Counted from the whole stretch's first letter, positions 19,432 to 29,486 are shown. The stretch: DNA of 62,807 nt, filler included, from 6 parts of 6 records of this genome joined end to end with filler, not necessarily neighbours in it; one strand, 5' to 3'. The notes: generated from the sequence alone by a model not told the origin. Made by a program: numbers and translations.

Positions 19432-20721
19432 CTAAGACCAGTGCTTTTCCATCCTCTTTCTCAGAGAGGCCTTATAGGCGTCCCAGTCGCTGATGGGCTC
19501 GGCGGCCAGTCCCTCATCACAGGCGGCCTTCGCAACGGCCACGGCCTCCCATTCGATAACACGGGGGTCGAAGGGTTTGGGAACCACATACTCCCGGCCG
19601 AACTCGAAGTCCCGCCCATAGGCCTTGCGGACCTCGTCGGGAACGGGCTCCTTGGCCAGGGCGGCCAGGGCCCTGGCGGCGGCCATCTTCATGCCCTCGG
19701 ATATCTTGGTGGACTTCACATCCATAGCGCCCCGGAAGATGAAGGGGAATCCCAGTACGTTGTTCACCTGGTTGGGGTAGTCGCTTCTGCCGGTACCGAT
19801 GATGATATCGTCCCTGGTGGCATGGGCCAGCTCGGGCTTGATCTCGGGATTGGGATTGGCCATGGCGAAGATGATGGGATCCGCCGCCATGGTCTTCAGC
19901 ATCTCGGGGGTCAGGCAGTCGGCCACGGAAAGTCCGATGAATACGTCGGCTCCGTCTACGGCGTCTGCCAGGGTCCTCTTGTCCGTATCCAGCAGGAACT
20001 CCTCCTTCTCGGGGGTGATCCGTTCGGTTCTTCCCTTGTAGAGGACCCCTCTGGAGTCCAGAAGGATCATGTTCTCCTTCTTCACGCCGGCGGCCATGAA
20101 CATCTTGGAACAGCTGATACCGGCGGCGCCGGCACCGCTGACGACGACAGTCAGCTCCTCCATCTTTTTACCGACGATCTCGGCGGCGTTCATCATACCG
20201 GCGGTGGCGATGATGGCTGTACCGTGCTGGTCGTCATGGAAGATGGGGATATTGCACTCCCTGATCAGGGTCTGCTCGATCTCGAAACAGTCGGGAGCTC
20301 CGATGTCTTCCAGATTGACCCCGCCGAAGGTGGGCTGCATCGTCTTAACGATGTCGATGATCTTCTTGGGATCCTTCGTGTCCAGCTCGATATCGAAAAC
20401 ATCGATATCCGCAAACCTCTTGAAGAGGACTCCCTTTCCCTCCATAACGGGCTTACTGGCCAGAGCGCCCCGGTCCCCCAGCCCCAGGATGGCGGTACCA
20501 TTGGAAACGACGGCCACCAGGTTTCCCTTTCCCGTATATTTGTAGGCATCATCGGGATTGTCGGCAATCTCCAGCACGGGATGGGCTACCCCGGGGGAGT
20601 AGGCCAGGCTCAGCTGATCAGCGGTCACGCAGGGCTTGGAGGCGACGACCTCCAGTTTTCCGGGCTTGTCGTCGAGCATATGGTACTCGAGGGCCTTCTT
20701 CTTCATATCATCCATCGGCAT
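19432..20721 (-). CDS. NAD(P)-dependent malic enzyme (MaeB N-terminal type, no PTA domain)
   Basis: LSLAYSPGVA, PVMEGK, NLEDI, FHDDQHGTA, GAGAAG and TGRSDYPNQVNNVL motifs. Confidence 0.95.
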   Translation of the reverse strand: MPMDDMKKKALEYHMLDDKPGKLEVVASKPCVTADQLSLAYSPGVAHPVLEIADNPDDAYKYTGKGNLVAVVSNGTAILGLGDRGALASKPVMEGKGVLFKRFADIDVFDIELDTKDPKKIIDIVKTMQPTFGGVNLEDIGAPDCFEIEQTLIRECNIPIFHDDQHGTAIIATAGMMNAAEIVGKKMEELTVVVSGAGAAGISCSKMFMAAGVKKENMILLDSRGVLYKGRTERITPEKEEFLLDTDKRTLADAVDGADVFIGLSVADCLTPEMLKTMAADPIIFAMANPNPEIKPELAHATRDDIIIGTGRSDYPNQVNNVLGFPFIFRGAMDVKSTKISEGMKMAAARALAALAKEPVPDEVRKAYGRDFEFGREYVVPKPFDPRVIEWEAVAVAKAACDEGLAAEPISDWDAYKASLRKRMEKHWS

Positions 20722-20835
20722 TTCCTTATTTCGTATAGTGATTGTATTGCCCTCCCCTTCCGTCCGGCTCCCCGGCTGGAAGGACAGGCTGGGCCGGTCT
20801 CCACAGGGATAACCGGCCGTCGGTTTATTGCGGGA

Positions 20836-21981
20836 TCAGTCCCAGGGGAACTTGAAATCCATGTTCCAGCGGTCCCGGAGCTCGGTCATCTGGTTCTGCA
20901 GGACCTTGGGCACGGGACAGCCGTGGTCCTTTCTGTACTGCCAGGCCACGTACTCCTTCTCGCCGGCGGTGTAGATTCTCTCTTCGCCGGGAGCCTTTCT
21001 GGAGTTCCTCAGGCCTCTCATGATGGAACCGGCGACGGCTCTGAAGACCGTCTCACCCATAAAGGCTTCCGTATTGATGGCGATAAAGAAGTGCCCCAGG
21101 GGATAGGGGATCTTGTTGCCGTCGGCGTCGAAACCGTTCAGGTCTTTCATGAACTTACCGTCCTGAAGGGCGGCGGAGAGAACCTCGACCACCGTGGCGT
21201 AACCGAATCCCTTGAATCCGGCGGTCTCCTCTCCCAGTCCTCCCAGGGGAGCCAGCGCGGCTTTGCCCTTGGTCAGATCGATCAGAACCTGCTGGGTGTC
21301 GGTCCGGGTCTTGCCGTTCTCATCGATAACCCATCCGGGAGGCAGATCCTTTCCGGCCCGGCCGTAAACCTCGAGCTTACCTCTCTGGGACACGGAGGTG
21401 GCGCAGTCCAGGTTGAAGTCGAATTCCTCATCCGTGGGAAGACCGATGGTCAGGGGATTGGTTCCCAGCATGTTTTCCACACCGAAGGTGGGGGCGATGG
21501 AAGGCCGGGCGTTGGTTCCGGTGATCCCCACCATTCCCGCCTTTGTGGCCATGGAGGTGTAGTAGCCGGCGATTCCGTAGTGGGTGGAGTTGCGGACCGC
21601 GACCATGCCCATGCCGTGCTCTTTGGCCTTGTCGATGGCCATCTGCATGGCCTGTTTGGAGACCACATGGCCCATACCGTTATTGCCGTCCAGCACGGCA
21701 GTGGTTGAGGTTTCCTTGATCACATCCACCTTGGTGACGGGCTCGACGATCTCTGCGTCAAGACGGTCAATATAGATGGGTTTCAGCCGACCGATTCCAT
21801 GGGAATCGATCCCTCTCTTATCCGACTCGATCAGAACATCCGAAATAATATCGGCATCGGCGGCGGGAATCCCGCAGTTCTGCAGAGCCTGCTTCATAAA
21901 GTCTTCCAGAACGGCGAAGTCCATCCATTCGCATTCTTTGTAGGCATCCTCATAGGCCATGGCATACTCCTTCATTTCCAA
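20836..21981 (-). CDS. Ldh_2 family (malate/L-lactate/ureidoglycolate dehydrogenase-like) oxidoreductase
   Basis: RGIDSHG, RNSTHYG, GTNP, D.ATS and GG...G.KG.G motifs. Confidence 0.92.
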   Translation of the reverse strand: MEMKEYAMAYEDAYKECEWMDFAVLEDFMKQALQNCGIPAADADIISDVLIESDKRGIDSHGIGRLKPIYIDRLDAEIVEPVTKVDVIKETSTTAVLDGNNGMGHVVSKQAMQMAIDKAKEHGMGMVAVRNSTHYGIAGYYTSMATKAGMVGITGTNARPSIAPTFGVENMLGTNPLTIGLPTDEEFDFNLDCATSVSQRGKLEVYGRAGKDLPPGWVIDENGKTRTDTQQVLIDLTKGKAALAPLGGLGEETAGFKGFGYATVVEVLSAALQDGKFMKDLNGFDADGNKIPYPLGHFFIAINTEAFMGETVFRAVAGSIMRGLRNSRKAPGEERIYTAGEKEYVAWQYRKDHGCPVPKVLQNQMTELRDRWNMDFKFPWD

Positions 21982-22019
21982 TATGAATATTAAAGTTGAT
22001 TCTCTTTGCTATTAACTAC

Positions 22020-22066
22020 AGATTAGATCGTTTATGATCTATTTGTCAACTTAAAAGATCGTTTAT
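22020..22066 (-). promoter_or_regulatory. Sigma70-like promoter overlapped by AGATCGTTTAT direct repeats (candidate DeoR operator)
   Basis: Minus strand TTGACA (22049-22044)-N18-TAATCT; identical 11-mers at 22025-22035 and 22056-22066. Confidence 0.55.
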
Positions 22067-22123
22067 ATTCATTTCATTCAAACATTAATAGGTAAAATGC
22101 ATAAAAGATACAATATCGATCAA

Positions 22124-22915
22124 CTAAAGGCCTTCATTTTCATTTAAAACGATCAAACGAACCCCCGCCGCTTCAAAATCCTCCCTCATGGAAGGATCGG
22201 GTAGTCCGTCGGTTATCATCAGGGAGATGGAAGAGAGGGGGCTGATCTGGTGGAGGGAGAGGGTGCCGATCTTGCTGGAATCGGCTACCCCTATCACCCG
22301 GCCTGCGGTCTGCTCGATCATCTTCCGGCTGACAGCCGCTTCATGGGGATTATGGGAGGTCAGTCCCCTGCGGAAGGAGATCCCGTCCAGACCGATGACC
22401 GTGGTGGTGGGAAAACTCCGTGACAGGCGTTCCAGCACCTCCTCCCCCACCAGGCATTCGGTCTCTTTTCTCAGGGAGCCTCCCGTAAGGATAAGCTCCG
22501 CATCGCCGGCACCCTCCAGGGAGACCAGACCGCCCACGTTGTTGCTCACCAGGGTCAGGCGCGGAATCTTGACAAGCTCCCGTATAACGAGGGATGTGGT
22601 GGAGCCGCTGTTGACGAACACGGTCTCGCCCGGTTCGATCAGCTCTGCGACCTTCCTGGCGATGGCGGTCTTTCCCGTGACATTCCGCTGCCCCTTATCC
22701 AGATAGCTGGGCTCATTAATCTTGACATGGGATGAGATGGCGCCCCCGTGGGTGCGCTCCAGAAGACCTTCGCTCTCCATGGCGGCCAGATCCCTGCGGA
22801 CCGTGATAACCGAAACCTCCAGATCACGGCTGAGCTCGTCGACGCGGACGATTCCCTTCTCTTTCAAGAGCTGCAGGATACGGGCCCGGCGTTCCGCCGG
22901 AATTTCCATTTTCAT
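22124..22915 (-). CDS. DeoR/GlpR family transcriptional regulator
   Basis: VSVITVRRDL HTH, RTHGGA, SGSTT and ADSSK motifs; AGGAAGGA RBS before the ATG at 22915. Confidence 0.93.
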   Translation of the reverse strand: MKMEIPAERRARILQLLKEKGIVRVDELSRDLEVSVITVRRDLAAMESEGLLERTHGGAISSHVKINEPSYLDKGQRNVTGKTAIARKVAELIEPGETVFVNSGSTTSLVIRELVKIPRLTLVSNNVGGLVSLEGAGDAELILTGGSLRKETECLVGEEVLERLSRSFPTTTVIGLDGISFRRGLTSHNPHEAAVSRKMIEQTAGRVIGVADSSKIGTLSLHQISPLSSISLMITDGLPDPSMREDFEAAGVRLIVLNENEGL

Positions 22916-22986
22916 GACATCCTTCCTTATAGGAAGGATTATCACCTAGAAACGATCATAATGCAAGCAATATGGTTCACATACGA

Positions 22987-23892
22987 TCAAAGGATCATCA
23001 TCAGCCCCCACATCAAAAAGAAACTGATCACCAGAGTCATATTCATGACGGCCCCGGCTGTATCCCTGTCGTAGCCGAACTCAATGGAGTAGGGCACGAT
23101 GGCGAATGGCGTGGGCAGGATAAGGCAGAGACAGATGATCTTCCTCAGGGCCTCTTCCACAGGCAGGAGAAACCACACCCCGACGACAAGGAAGATAGCC
23201 ATGCCGTAGCGAAGCAGCAGCAGGGGGATCAGCCCCCCGGAAAGGTGGTGCCTCCAGCTGAAGTTCAGAACCAGACCCAGCACGAGCAATACGAATAACT
23301 GGTTGGCCCTGCCCACAATGGTCAGCCAGGAGACGGCGAAGGACGGCAGCGAGAGGCCGCATACGTTGATCAGCAGAGATATGAGATAGGCAAGCATGGG
23401 AACGGAGCGAAGCACGACCTTCAGGGTTCCCCACAGCCCCCTGCTATGACTGCCCGAAAGGGGAGAGCAGCGGTCGCCCACCATGTAGGCCAGACCGAAG
23501 ATCATAAAGGCGTTGCCGAAGTCCACCATGGCCGCCACCTGCACACCCAGATCGCCGAAAAGCCCCCGGAGTATGGGGAAGGCGAAGAGCCCGATGTTCA
23601 GGCCGATGGAGCTCATATACATAAGCCCCCTCAGATGGTCCTGTCGCTTTCGAAACAGAACGATCCCCATCCCCAGTCCGGCGAATCCTGAAAGAACGGG
23701 GATCCAGGGAACCAGAAGGAGCTCCGAGGGCATGGGAGCGACAGATATAGTCAGAAGGATCTGGGCCGGAAAGGTGATATTCATCACGACCTTTGAAAGG
23801 AAGCGGCTGTCATCGGCCTCGAAAAAACCGATTCGCTTCAGTAGGTATCCGAAAAGGATCACACACAGGCTTAAAAGAAAGGGTACATGCAT
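22987..23892 (-). CDS. AEC (auxin efflux carrier/malate permease) family transporter
   Basis: About 10 TMs; ITFPA, N.GLFAFP and ILPTP motifs. Confidence 0.85.
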   Translation of the reverse strand: MHVPFLLSLCVILFGYLLKRIGFFEADDSRFLSKVVMNITFPAQILLTISVAPMPSELLLVPWIPVLSGFAGLGMGIVLFRKRQDHLRGLMYMSSIGLNIGLFAFPILRGLFGDLGVQVAAMVDFGNAFMIFGLAYMVGDRCSPLSGSHSRGLWGTLKVVLRSVPMLAYLISLLINVCGLSLPSFAVSWLTIVGRANQLFVLLVLGLVLNFSWRHHLSGGLIPLLLLRYGMAIFLVVGVWFLLPVEEALRKIICLCLILPTPFAIVPYSIEFGYDRDTAGAVMNMTLVISFFLMWGLMMIL

Positions 23893-23952
23893 GGTCGCAT
23901 TATCAGACAGAACGGCGTTTGCAACAATAATAAGCAGAGGAAAATGCGGGAA

Positions 23953-24774
23953 TCAGGGCCGATAATCTCTGAAATGACCGGGCGTCTGTCCCATGAGCTC
24001 TCTGAACCGCGCATAGAAGCGGCCGGAACTGGCATATCCGCAGCGGGACGAGACCTCGGAGACGGACAGAGAGCTCATCCTGAGAAGATGACAGGCGTAG
24101 CGTATGCGCGCCTCCGTTATGAGGGCGGAAGGCCCCTTTCCATAGACCTGCCGGATCTCCCTGGAAAAGTGTTCCCGGCTGAGACCCAGCCTTTCGGCCG
24201 TCTCCGCGACATTGAGTCCGAGCTCCTCCGGATCATTCAGCATCCTGTTGAAGCTCTTCAGCCATGGCAGGGGGGAGAGCCCGTTCGCCCTGCCCGGTTC
24301 CCTATCCGTACGGCTCCGGTCTCTCAGCAGGCGAAGCAGTTCAAGAAGAAAGATCTCCATATCCAGCGGCTCATGGTTTCCCCTGGATAGCCTGTGACTG
24401 AGCGAAACGAAACGATCTCTGTACTCCTCCTCTAGCCTTGCGGCGACCCTGCTTTCAGGCAGCGGAAACAGAGAGGACTCCTCCCGCTCGAGGACTTTCA
24501 GGAGCCGGACGGGGAAGGCTATATTGAGGAGCCTCATCCTCCCTCTGGAGACGAGGCTGTGCTCATCCCTGTCCAGGACGATACAGAGCATCCCCTCTTC
24601 CAGCCGGAAACCCAGGCCGTTGATTCTGTGACGGCCCCGCCCCTTCTCCACCAGAAAGATCTCTGCAAAATCGTGGGAGTGGACCTTCATCCCGCCGCTC
24701 GGGCCGTAGTCGTCTCTATGGATATAAAATGAGGTCTTCTCGGACAGGTAGCTTTCGAGCTTCAGCACAGGCAT
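23953..24774 (-). CDS. AraC family regulator with cupin sensor domain
   Basis: HSHDFAE cupin motif and C-terminal double HTH (CGY....F...F....G.TP). Confidence 0.92.
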   Translation of the reverse strand: MPVLKLESYLSEKTSFYIHRDDYGPSGGMKVHSHDFAEIFLVEKGRGRHRINGLGFRLEEGMLCIVLDRDEHSLVSRGRMRLLNIAFPVRLLKVLEREESSLFPLPESRVAARLEEEYRDRFVSLSHRLSRGNHEPLDMEIFLLELLRLLRDRSRTDREPGRANGLSPLPWLKSFNRMLNDPEELGLNVAETAERLGLSREHFSREIRQVYGKGPSALITEARIRYACHLLRMSSLSVSEVSSRCGYASSGRFYARFRELMGQTPGHFRDYRP

Positions 24775-24865
24775 ATCACATAATAGGATAAATAGATCAC
24801 TTTATTAAGCATTCGGAACACATTTCAGAATATAAAATAAGCGAAGCAAGCCATAGGAGAGAGAC

Positions 24866-26011
24866 ATGACGGGGAAAGAGCGTTTTCTGAAGGCGTTGAA
24901 CAGAGAGAAGCCTGACAGACTGCCTGTAACGACGCACCATCTGCAGGAATACTTCAAAACGGAGTACATGGAAGGCAAGAACGACCTTGAGTGCTTTGAA
25001 GAGCTGGGACTGGATCCCATCTGCTGGATCATGGGAAACAGGGCCGCGGGAAACCAGAGCATAAGATCCTCTGAAACACCCCGGATTGACGGAGTCGTCG
25101 AATCTCCCGAATGGCAGATTCGGACTGAAGAGCTGGATGACCCGCAGTACAGGACCATCCGCTACGCCATAGAGACTCCCTCAGGCCAGCTGTCCACGGT
25201 CATTCAGTACAACGAGATGACGGGCTGGCTGACGGAGCATCTGGTCAAGGATAAAAAAGATATCGATATCATTATAAAGCACGCTCCCTTTTATGAGCTT
25301 GACAGTTCCAGGATTTCAAAGGCCGCTGAGACCATAGGCGACCGCGGCCTGGTCAGAGGGCACATCCCCGGCTTCGAACCCTACGGCCAGCCGGGATGCT
25401 GGCAGGACATGGCCTGTCTGGTGGGTATCGAGAGGCTTATAATGGAGACCTTTGACGATCCCGAATGGGTCCACACCCTGCTGGCCTTCCTGAGAGATAG
25501 AAAGCTGCACTACATCCGCTCCCTGAAGGACGCCCCCTACGATCTGCTGGAGCTGGGCGGAGGCGATGCCTCCACTACGGTCATCTCGCCGGATATCTTC
25601 AGGAACTTCGTGGCCCCGTACGACAGAGAACTGATAGGGGCGGCGGAGGAGGCGGACAAGAAGATCGTCTATCACACATGCGGAGGGATGATGCCCATCC
25701 TCGAGGATATCGCGGATATGGGCCCCGCCGCCATAGAGACCCTGACTCCTCCCGGGATGGGCGGAGATGTGGATCTGGCCGAGGTGAAAAGGCGCGTGGG
25801 AGACAGGGTCTGCCTGATCGGAGGCTACGATCAGGGGCGGTACTTCCTGCGCTCCACACCGGCGGAGACCAGACGGGCCGTCAGAGAGGCCTTCGAAGCC
25901 GCCGGAGAGGGAGGAGGCTTCATCCTCTGCCCCTCGGACCACTTCTTCGACGCCGATCCGGCGCTGATCAGGGCCTTCTCCGAGGAGGCCCGGAGCTGCG
26001 TCTACAGCTGA
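24866..26011 (+). CDS. UroD/MtaA/CmuA-superfamily protein (methyltransferase-like)
   Basis: MTGKER...PDRLP start, YHTCGG motif, GGGFILCPSDH; lacks the HemE RQAGR motif. Confidence 0.85.
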   Translation: MTGKERFLKALNREKPDRLPVTTHHLQEYFKTEYMEGKNDLECFEELGLDPICWIMGNRAAGNQSIRSSETPRIDGVVESPEWQIRTEELDDPQYRTIRYAIETPSGQLSTVIQYNEMTGWLTEHLVKDKKDIDIIIKHAPFYELDSSRISKAAETIGDRGLVRGHIPGFEPYGQPGCWQDMACLVGIERLIMETFDDPEWVHTLLAFLRDRKLHYIRSLKDAPYDLLELGGGDASTTVISPDIFRNFVAPYDRELIGAAEEADKKIVYHTCGGMMPILEDIADMGPAAIETLTPPGMGGDVDLAEVKRRVGDRVCLIGGYDQGRYFLRSTPAETRRAVREAFEAAGEGGGFILCPSDHFFDADPALIRAFSEEARSCVYS

Positions 26012-26061
26012 TCAATCGAATCAATAAAGGGGAATCAGCCCGCCTGTCGGCGGCGGGCGGG

Positions 26062-27030
26062 TCAGCGCAGGGAGTTCCTGACGATCAGCTTGGGGGTCAG
26101 AAGGACCTCCTTGGCGGGGCTGACGGTATTGTGCTCGATCATCCACAAGAGGTTTTCGATAACCAGATCGGCGTTCTCGTCCAGAAGCTGATACATGGAT
26201 GTGAGGCCCAGCACCTCGGTCAGATAGGCATCGTCAAAGCCCATCAGCCCTATGTCCCCTGGATAGCCGATGCCCTCCTCCTTGAGGAATTTGATCCCCC
26301 CGTAGGCCAGGATGTCGGCGGCGTAGATGACGGCGTCCACCTTGTTCCGCTGCAGCAGCTGGACGGTGGCATCGTATCCGCCGTCGATATTCAGCTTGTC
26401 GAAGGAGGTCATGGAAGCGTCCAGTCCCGCCTCGTCCATCACATTGCGGAAGCTGTCCAGTCTGGTCTTTATATTGAAGTCGCTGGGCTCCCAGCCCACG
26501 AATCCGACCCTCTCGTATCCCCGGGACAGGACATAAGAGACGGCGTCGCGCATGCCGTTGTAGTTGTTGACGCAAACCGAGACGAGATGGGATGTATGCC
26601 CCTGCTGCACCACGGTGGGGACGTTCATCTCATAGAACACCTCCGCCGCTTCCTCGGGGACGATGCATCCGTAAAGGATGATCCCCGCTGTGTTTTTTTT
26701 GCAGAGGGTCCGGGCCGTCTCCCGGCTGATCTGCCTCTTGCGGTGGAGATTGACAATCCGGATATCGTAATCCATCTCCTCCAGTGTCAGGGCCATCTCC
26801 CGAACCGTTGTTCCCAGGGTATAGAGGGAGGTATTGGGCATCACCAGGGTGATCTCATCAGACTTGTCTTTCACCCGTTTCTTTCTGATAGGCGTATAAC
26901 CCAGCTCCTTAACGGCCAGCTTCACCTTTTCGGTGGTGGCCCTGCTGATCTTTGCATTTCCGTTCATCACCCGGGAGACCGTGGATTCACTGACCCCGCA
27001 GTGCCGGGCCACATCGCTAATCGTAATCAT
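26062..27030 (-). CDS. LacI family transcriptional regulator
   Basis: TISDVARHCGVSESTVSRV HTH, GFDD and L.P.LIVR.S motifs; true start at ATG 27030 after AGGAG. Confidence 0.92.
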   Translation of the reverse strand: MITISDVARHCGVSESTVSRVMNGNAKISRATTEKVKLAVKELGYTPIRKKRVKDKSDEITLVMPNTSLYTLGTTVREMALTLEEMDYDIRIVNLHRKRQISRETARTLCKKNTAGIILYGCIVPEEAAEVFYEMNVPTVVQQGHTSHLVSVCVNNYNGMRDAVSYVLSRGYERVGFVGWEPSDFNIKTRLDSFRNVMDEAGLDASMTSFDKLNIDGGYDATVQLLQRNKVDAVIYAADILAYGGIKFLKEEGIGYPGDIGLMGFDDAYLTEVLGLTSMYQLLDENADLVIENLLWMIEHNTVSPAKEVLLTPKLIVRNSLR

Positions 27031-27034
27031 TCGC

Positions 27035-27105
27035 ACTCCTAGTGCAATCCGCCGCGCAGCTTGCACTAGGAGTATATCACAGCACGGACATAATGCAAGT
27101 AGCAT
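27035..27105 (-). promoter_or_regulatory. lacI promoter with 13-bp inverted repeat
   Basis: TTGCAT-N16-TATACT with TGn extended -10 (-10 at 27076-27071); ACTCCTAGTGCAA-N13-TTGCACTAGGAGT at 27035-27073. Confidence 0.55.
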
Positions 27106-27131
27106 AGTCTTATTAGCGCAAATTACATAGA

Positions 27132-28367
27132 TCAACCGAACATGTTTGCATATGCCGTGTCGTAGATTCGGACTACCGCCGCGGGCTCTATCTCTGCCAG
27201 GATGTTGTGGATGGAGTTGAAGACGAAGCCGCCGTCCCGCTTCAGATAGTCGCAGACCTCGTTCACCTCGGCGATCTGCTCCTCCTCCGTCCCCAGAGGC
27301 AGGGTCACCTGGCTGTTGATGCCCCCTCCCCACAGGGCGATCCTGTTCCGGCAGCGGTCCTTCCACTCCATATAGCTGTGACCTCCGGCGCTCCACTGCA
27401 CGGGATTGAGAACGTCGAATCCCGAATCGATGATATGGTCCAGGAGATTGTAGATGGCTCCGCAGGAGTGGAGAAAGGTCTTCAGCCCGGGGGCATGGGA
27501 GTGGATCTCGTCGTTCATACGCCTGTAAAAGGGGACATAGAGCTCCCCGAAGGTCCGGGGAGGCAGGATAGGAGCGTTCTGGGTTCCCTGGTCATCGGAG
27601 TTGCTCATGAATATGTCGACATAATCGGCGATCTCAGGGATAAGGCGCTTGTAGTTCTCCAGGGAGTACTTTGTTATAAGTTCATGCACTTCCAGGACAT
27701 AGTCGGGATCGGTCAGACAGAACATGGACCATGAGGCCAGTCCGCCCCTGTATTTCAGCCCCATGGGGACGCCGTTGAACAGGATGGCCCGGTCCGTGGA
27801 ATTCCGGGCCCGGCGGCAGTACTCCCGGATGGAAACGACCTCATCGTCTGTCAGCAGCTGCGCCTGCAGCTCTCTCTCCAGTTCCTCCAGCTCCTCTTTG
27901 GGAGGGTCGAGCATCATGATATCCACAGATTCATCACCGCGCGCATTGTCGAAGACGAAGCTGGAGGGAACCATCTTCAACAGGATACCGTCCTTTTTGT
28001 AGAGGAGGGAGTCCCCCTCTTTTCTGAACAGGGAAGGGTTCTGTACACAGGCCCTCAGGCGGCCGCCGAAATCATAGGGCATCCAGCGTTCGGGCTCGTC
28101 AAAGGCATTGGTCCACTGATCCCGGAACACCGCGGCCACATCGCAGTTCAGGCGGTCGAGGACGTCCCGGTCCGGCAGGGCCAGCATCTGGTAGACGTCG
28201 TGCACCCGGGGAGCGAGTTCGGGCAGACCCAGAAACCGCCTCAGTTTGGGGTAGGCGAAACAGCTGATGCCGGTAGAGAGCATCCCCCCCAGGTCGATGG
28301 CGCAGGAATCTCCGAAATTGAGACTGTCCATGACCCGTTCTCTTCTCGTCATCTCTTTCCTTGTCAT
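27132..28367 (-). CDS. UroD/MtaA-superfamily protein (methyltransferase-like)
   Basis: MTRRERV start, DD.GTQ, FLHSCG, DVLNPVQ and GGFVFNSIHNI motifs. Confidence 0.85.
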   Translation of the reverse strand: MTRKEMTRRERVMDSLNFGDSCAIDLGGMLSTGISCFAYPKLRRFLGLPELAPRVHDVYQMLALPDRDVLDRLNCDVAAVFRDQWTNAFDEPERWMPYDFGGRLRACVQNPSLFRKEGDSLLYKKDGILLKMVPSSFVFDNARGDESVDIMMLDPPKEELEELERELQAQLLTDDEVVSIREYCRRARNSTDRAILFNGVPMGLKYRGGLASWSMFCLTDPDYVLEVHELITKYSLENYKRLIPEIADYVDIFMSNSDDQGTQNAPILPPRTFGELYVPFYRRMNDEIHSHAPGLKTFLHSCGAIYNLLDHIIDSGFDVLNPVQWSAGGHSYMEWKDRCRNRIALWGGGINSQVTLPLGTEEEQIAEVNEVCDYLKRDGGFVFNSIHNILAEIEPAAVVRIYDTAYANMFG

Positions 28368-28458
28368 ATATTCGCTCCCTATATATGCTTATTAAAGCAG
28401 GATAGATCTTTATACAACCTGAAAGGACTCCAGACGAGTGTAAAAGGGGACAATAAAT

Positions 28459-29352
28459 ATGCAGATTCGGCCGAAACTTGCTGAGGTTTTCACCCTCAAG
28501 CAGAGATTCAACGGAAAGGGGAGCCTGGGGAAACGGGAATTCTGGGTGCAGACGGGCAACTACCTTGACTTCGGGGGAAGCAGAAACAAGCCGCACCGCC
28601 ACTCCTACTGCGAGGTTTGCCTCGTCCTGGAGGGCAGGGGAAGGTTCAGCCATGGAGAGGAAGCGTACGAGCTCTCCAGGGGAGATCTCTTTATCGCGGA
28701 TCCCGGGATTGTTCATGAAATCATCTCCCACCCCCGGGATCATCTCAGGATACAGTTCATAGCCTTCAGTTTTGACGATTCGCTCCCTTATGGGAGCCTG
28801 CAGGACGGCAGCATCGACAGTTTTCTCAAAAAGCACAGGACTCTCATAAGGGATTGCGAGAGACTGGAGCAGCTCTTCATCCTGCTCAAAGAGGCCTCGC
28901 TGGAGACGGATCCTGCGATAAGGCATATCAGAAGCGTCAGCATCCTGTCCCTGATCATCCAGGAGTTCATCCTTGTCTCCGCAGAGGAACTGGATGATAA
29001 CGCGGATGAGCTCTTCCCGGACTCCAGAGTACAGAGCGCCCTGCAGTATATGAGAGACAACGTCTTCCGGAGACTGACCGTGGAAGAGATCGCTTCCCAT
29101 GCGGGAGCCAGCCCCCGCTCCCTCAGGCGCCTTATTAAAGAGAAGTACGGCGTCACCGTGACTCAGAAGTGCTTCGCTCTCAGGATAGAGAGCGCCGCCC
29201 GCCACCTGATATCCCATCCCGGGGAAAGCATCGCCCAGATCAGCGCCGACTACGGTTTTGAAAATCCTTCCGACTTCTGTCGCGGATTCAAGAAGGTGAC
29301 GGGGACATCTCCCGGACGATATAGGAAAAACAAGGGCACCGTTTTTATCTAA
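28459..29352 (+). CDS. AraC family regulator with cupin sensor domain
   Basis: PHRHSYCE...HE cupin motif and C-terminal HTH (YGF....F...FKK.TG.SP). Confidence 0.92.
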   Translation: MQIRPKLAEVFTLKQRFNGKGSLGKREFWVQTGNYLDFGGSRNKPHRHSYCEVCLVLEGRGRFSHGEEAYELSRGDLFIADPGIVHEIISHPRDHLRIQFIAFSFDDSLPYGSLQDGSIDSFLKKHRTLIRDCERLEQLFILLKEASLETDPAIRHIRSVSILSLIIQEFILVSAEELDDNADELFPDSRVQSALQYMRDNVFRRLTVEEIASHAGASPRSLRRLIKEKYGVTVTQKCFALRIESAARHLISHPGESIAQISADYGFENPSDFCRGFKKVTGTSPGRYRKNKGTVFI

Positions 29353-29457
29353 CCCCATCTATCGCCCCTGCTCCTTCATTATCAGCCTAAACAACCCTCA
29401 TTTATGCAAATTGCATTGAAATACAGTTATTTCTACCGGTTTACTTGCAGAAAGACT

Positions 29458-29486
29458 TTGACAGCTGTACGGGCCCATGATATTAT
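29458..29486 (+). promoter_or_regulatory. Sigma70 promoter for the sugar-binding protein gene
   Basis: TTGACA-N17-TATTAT with TGn extended -10. Confidence 0.7.

Noticed and set aside
19441..21708. 755-aa plus-strand ORF
   Set aside because: Antisense shadow of the malic enzyme and Ldh_2 genes in GC-rich DNA; no recognisable motifs.
25678..27042. 454-aa plus-strand ORF, and similar long ORFs at 18335-19408 and 28099-29358
   Set aside because: They overlap well-supported genes off-frame or antisense, as expected from GC-rich codon bias.
27031..27396. N-terminal extension of the LacI ORF to 444 aa
   Set aside because: It overlaps the UroD-like gene; the HTH and RBS place the start at 27030.
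24866..28367. Calling the UroD-like genes hemE
   Set aside because: They lack the RQAGR motif and there are no tetrapyrrole genes nearby.
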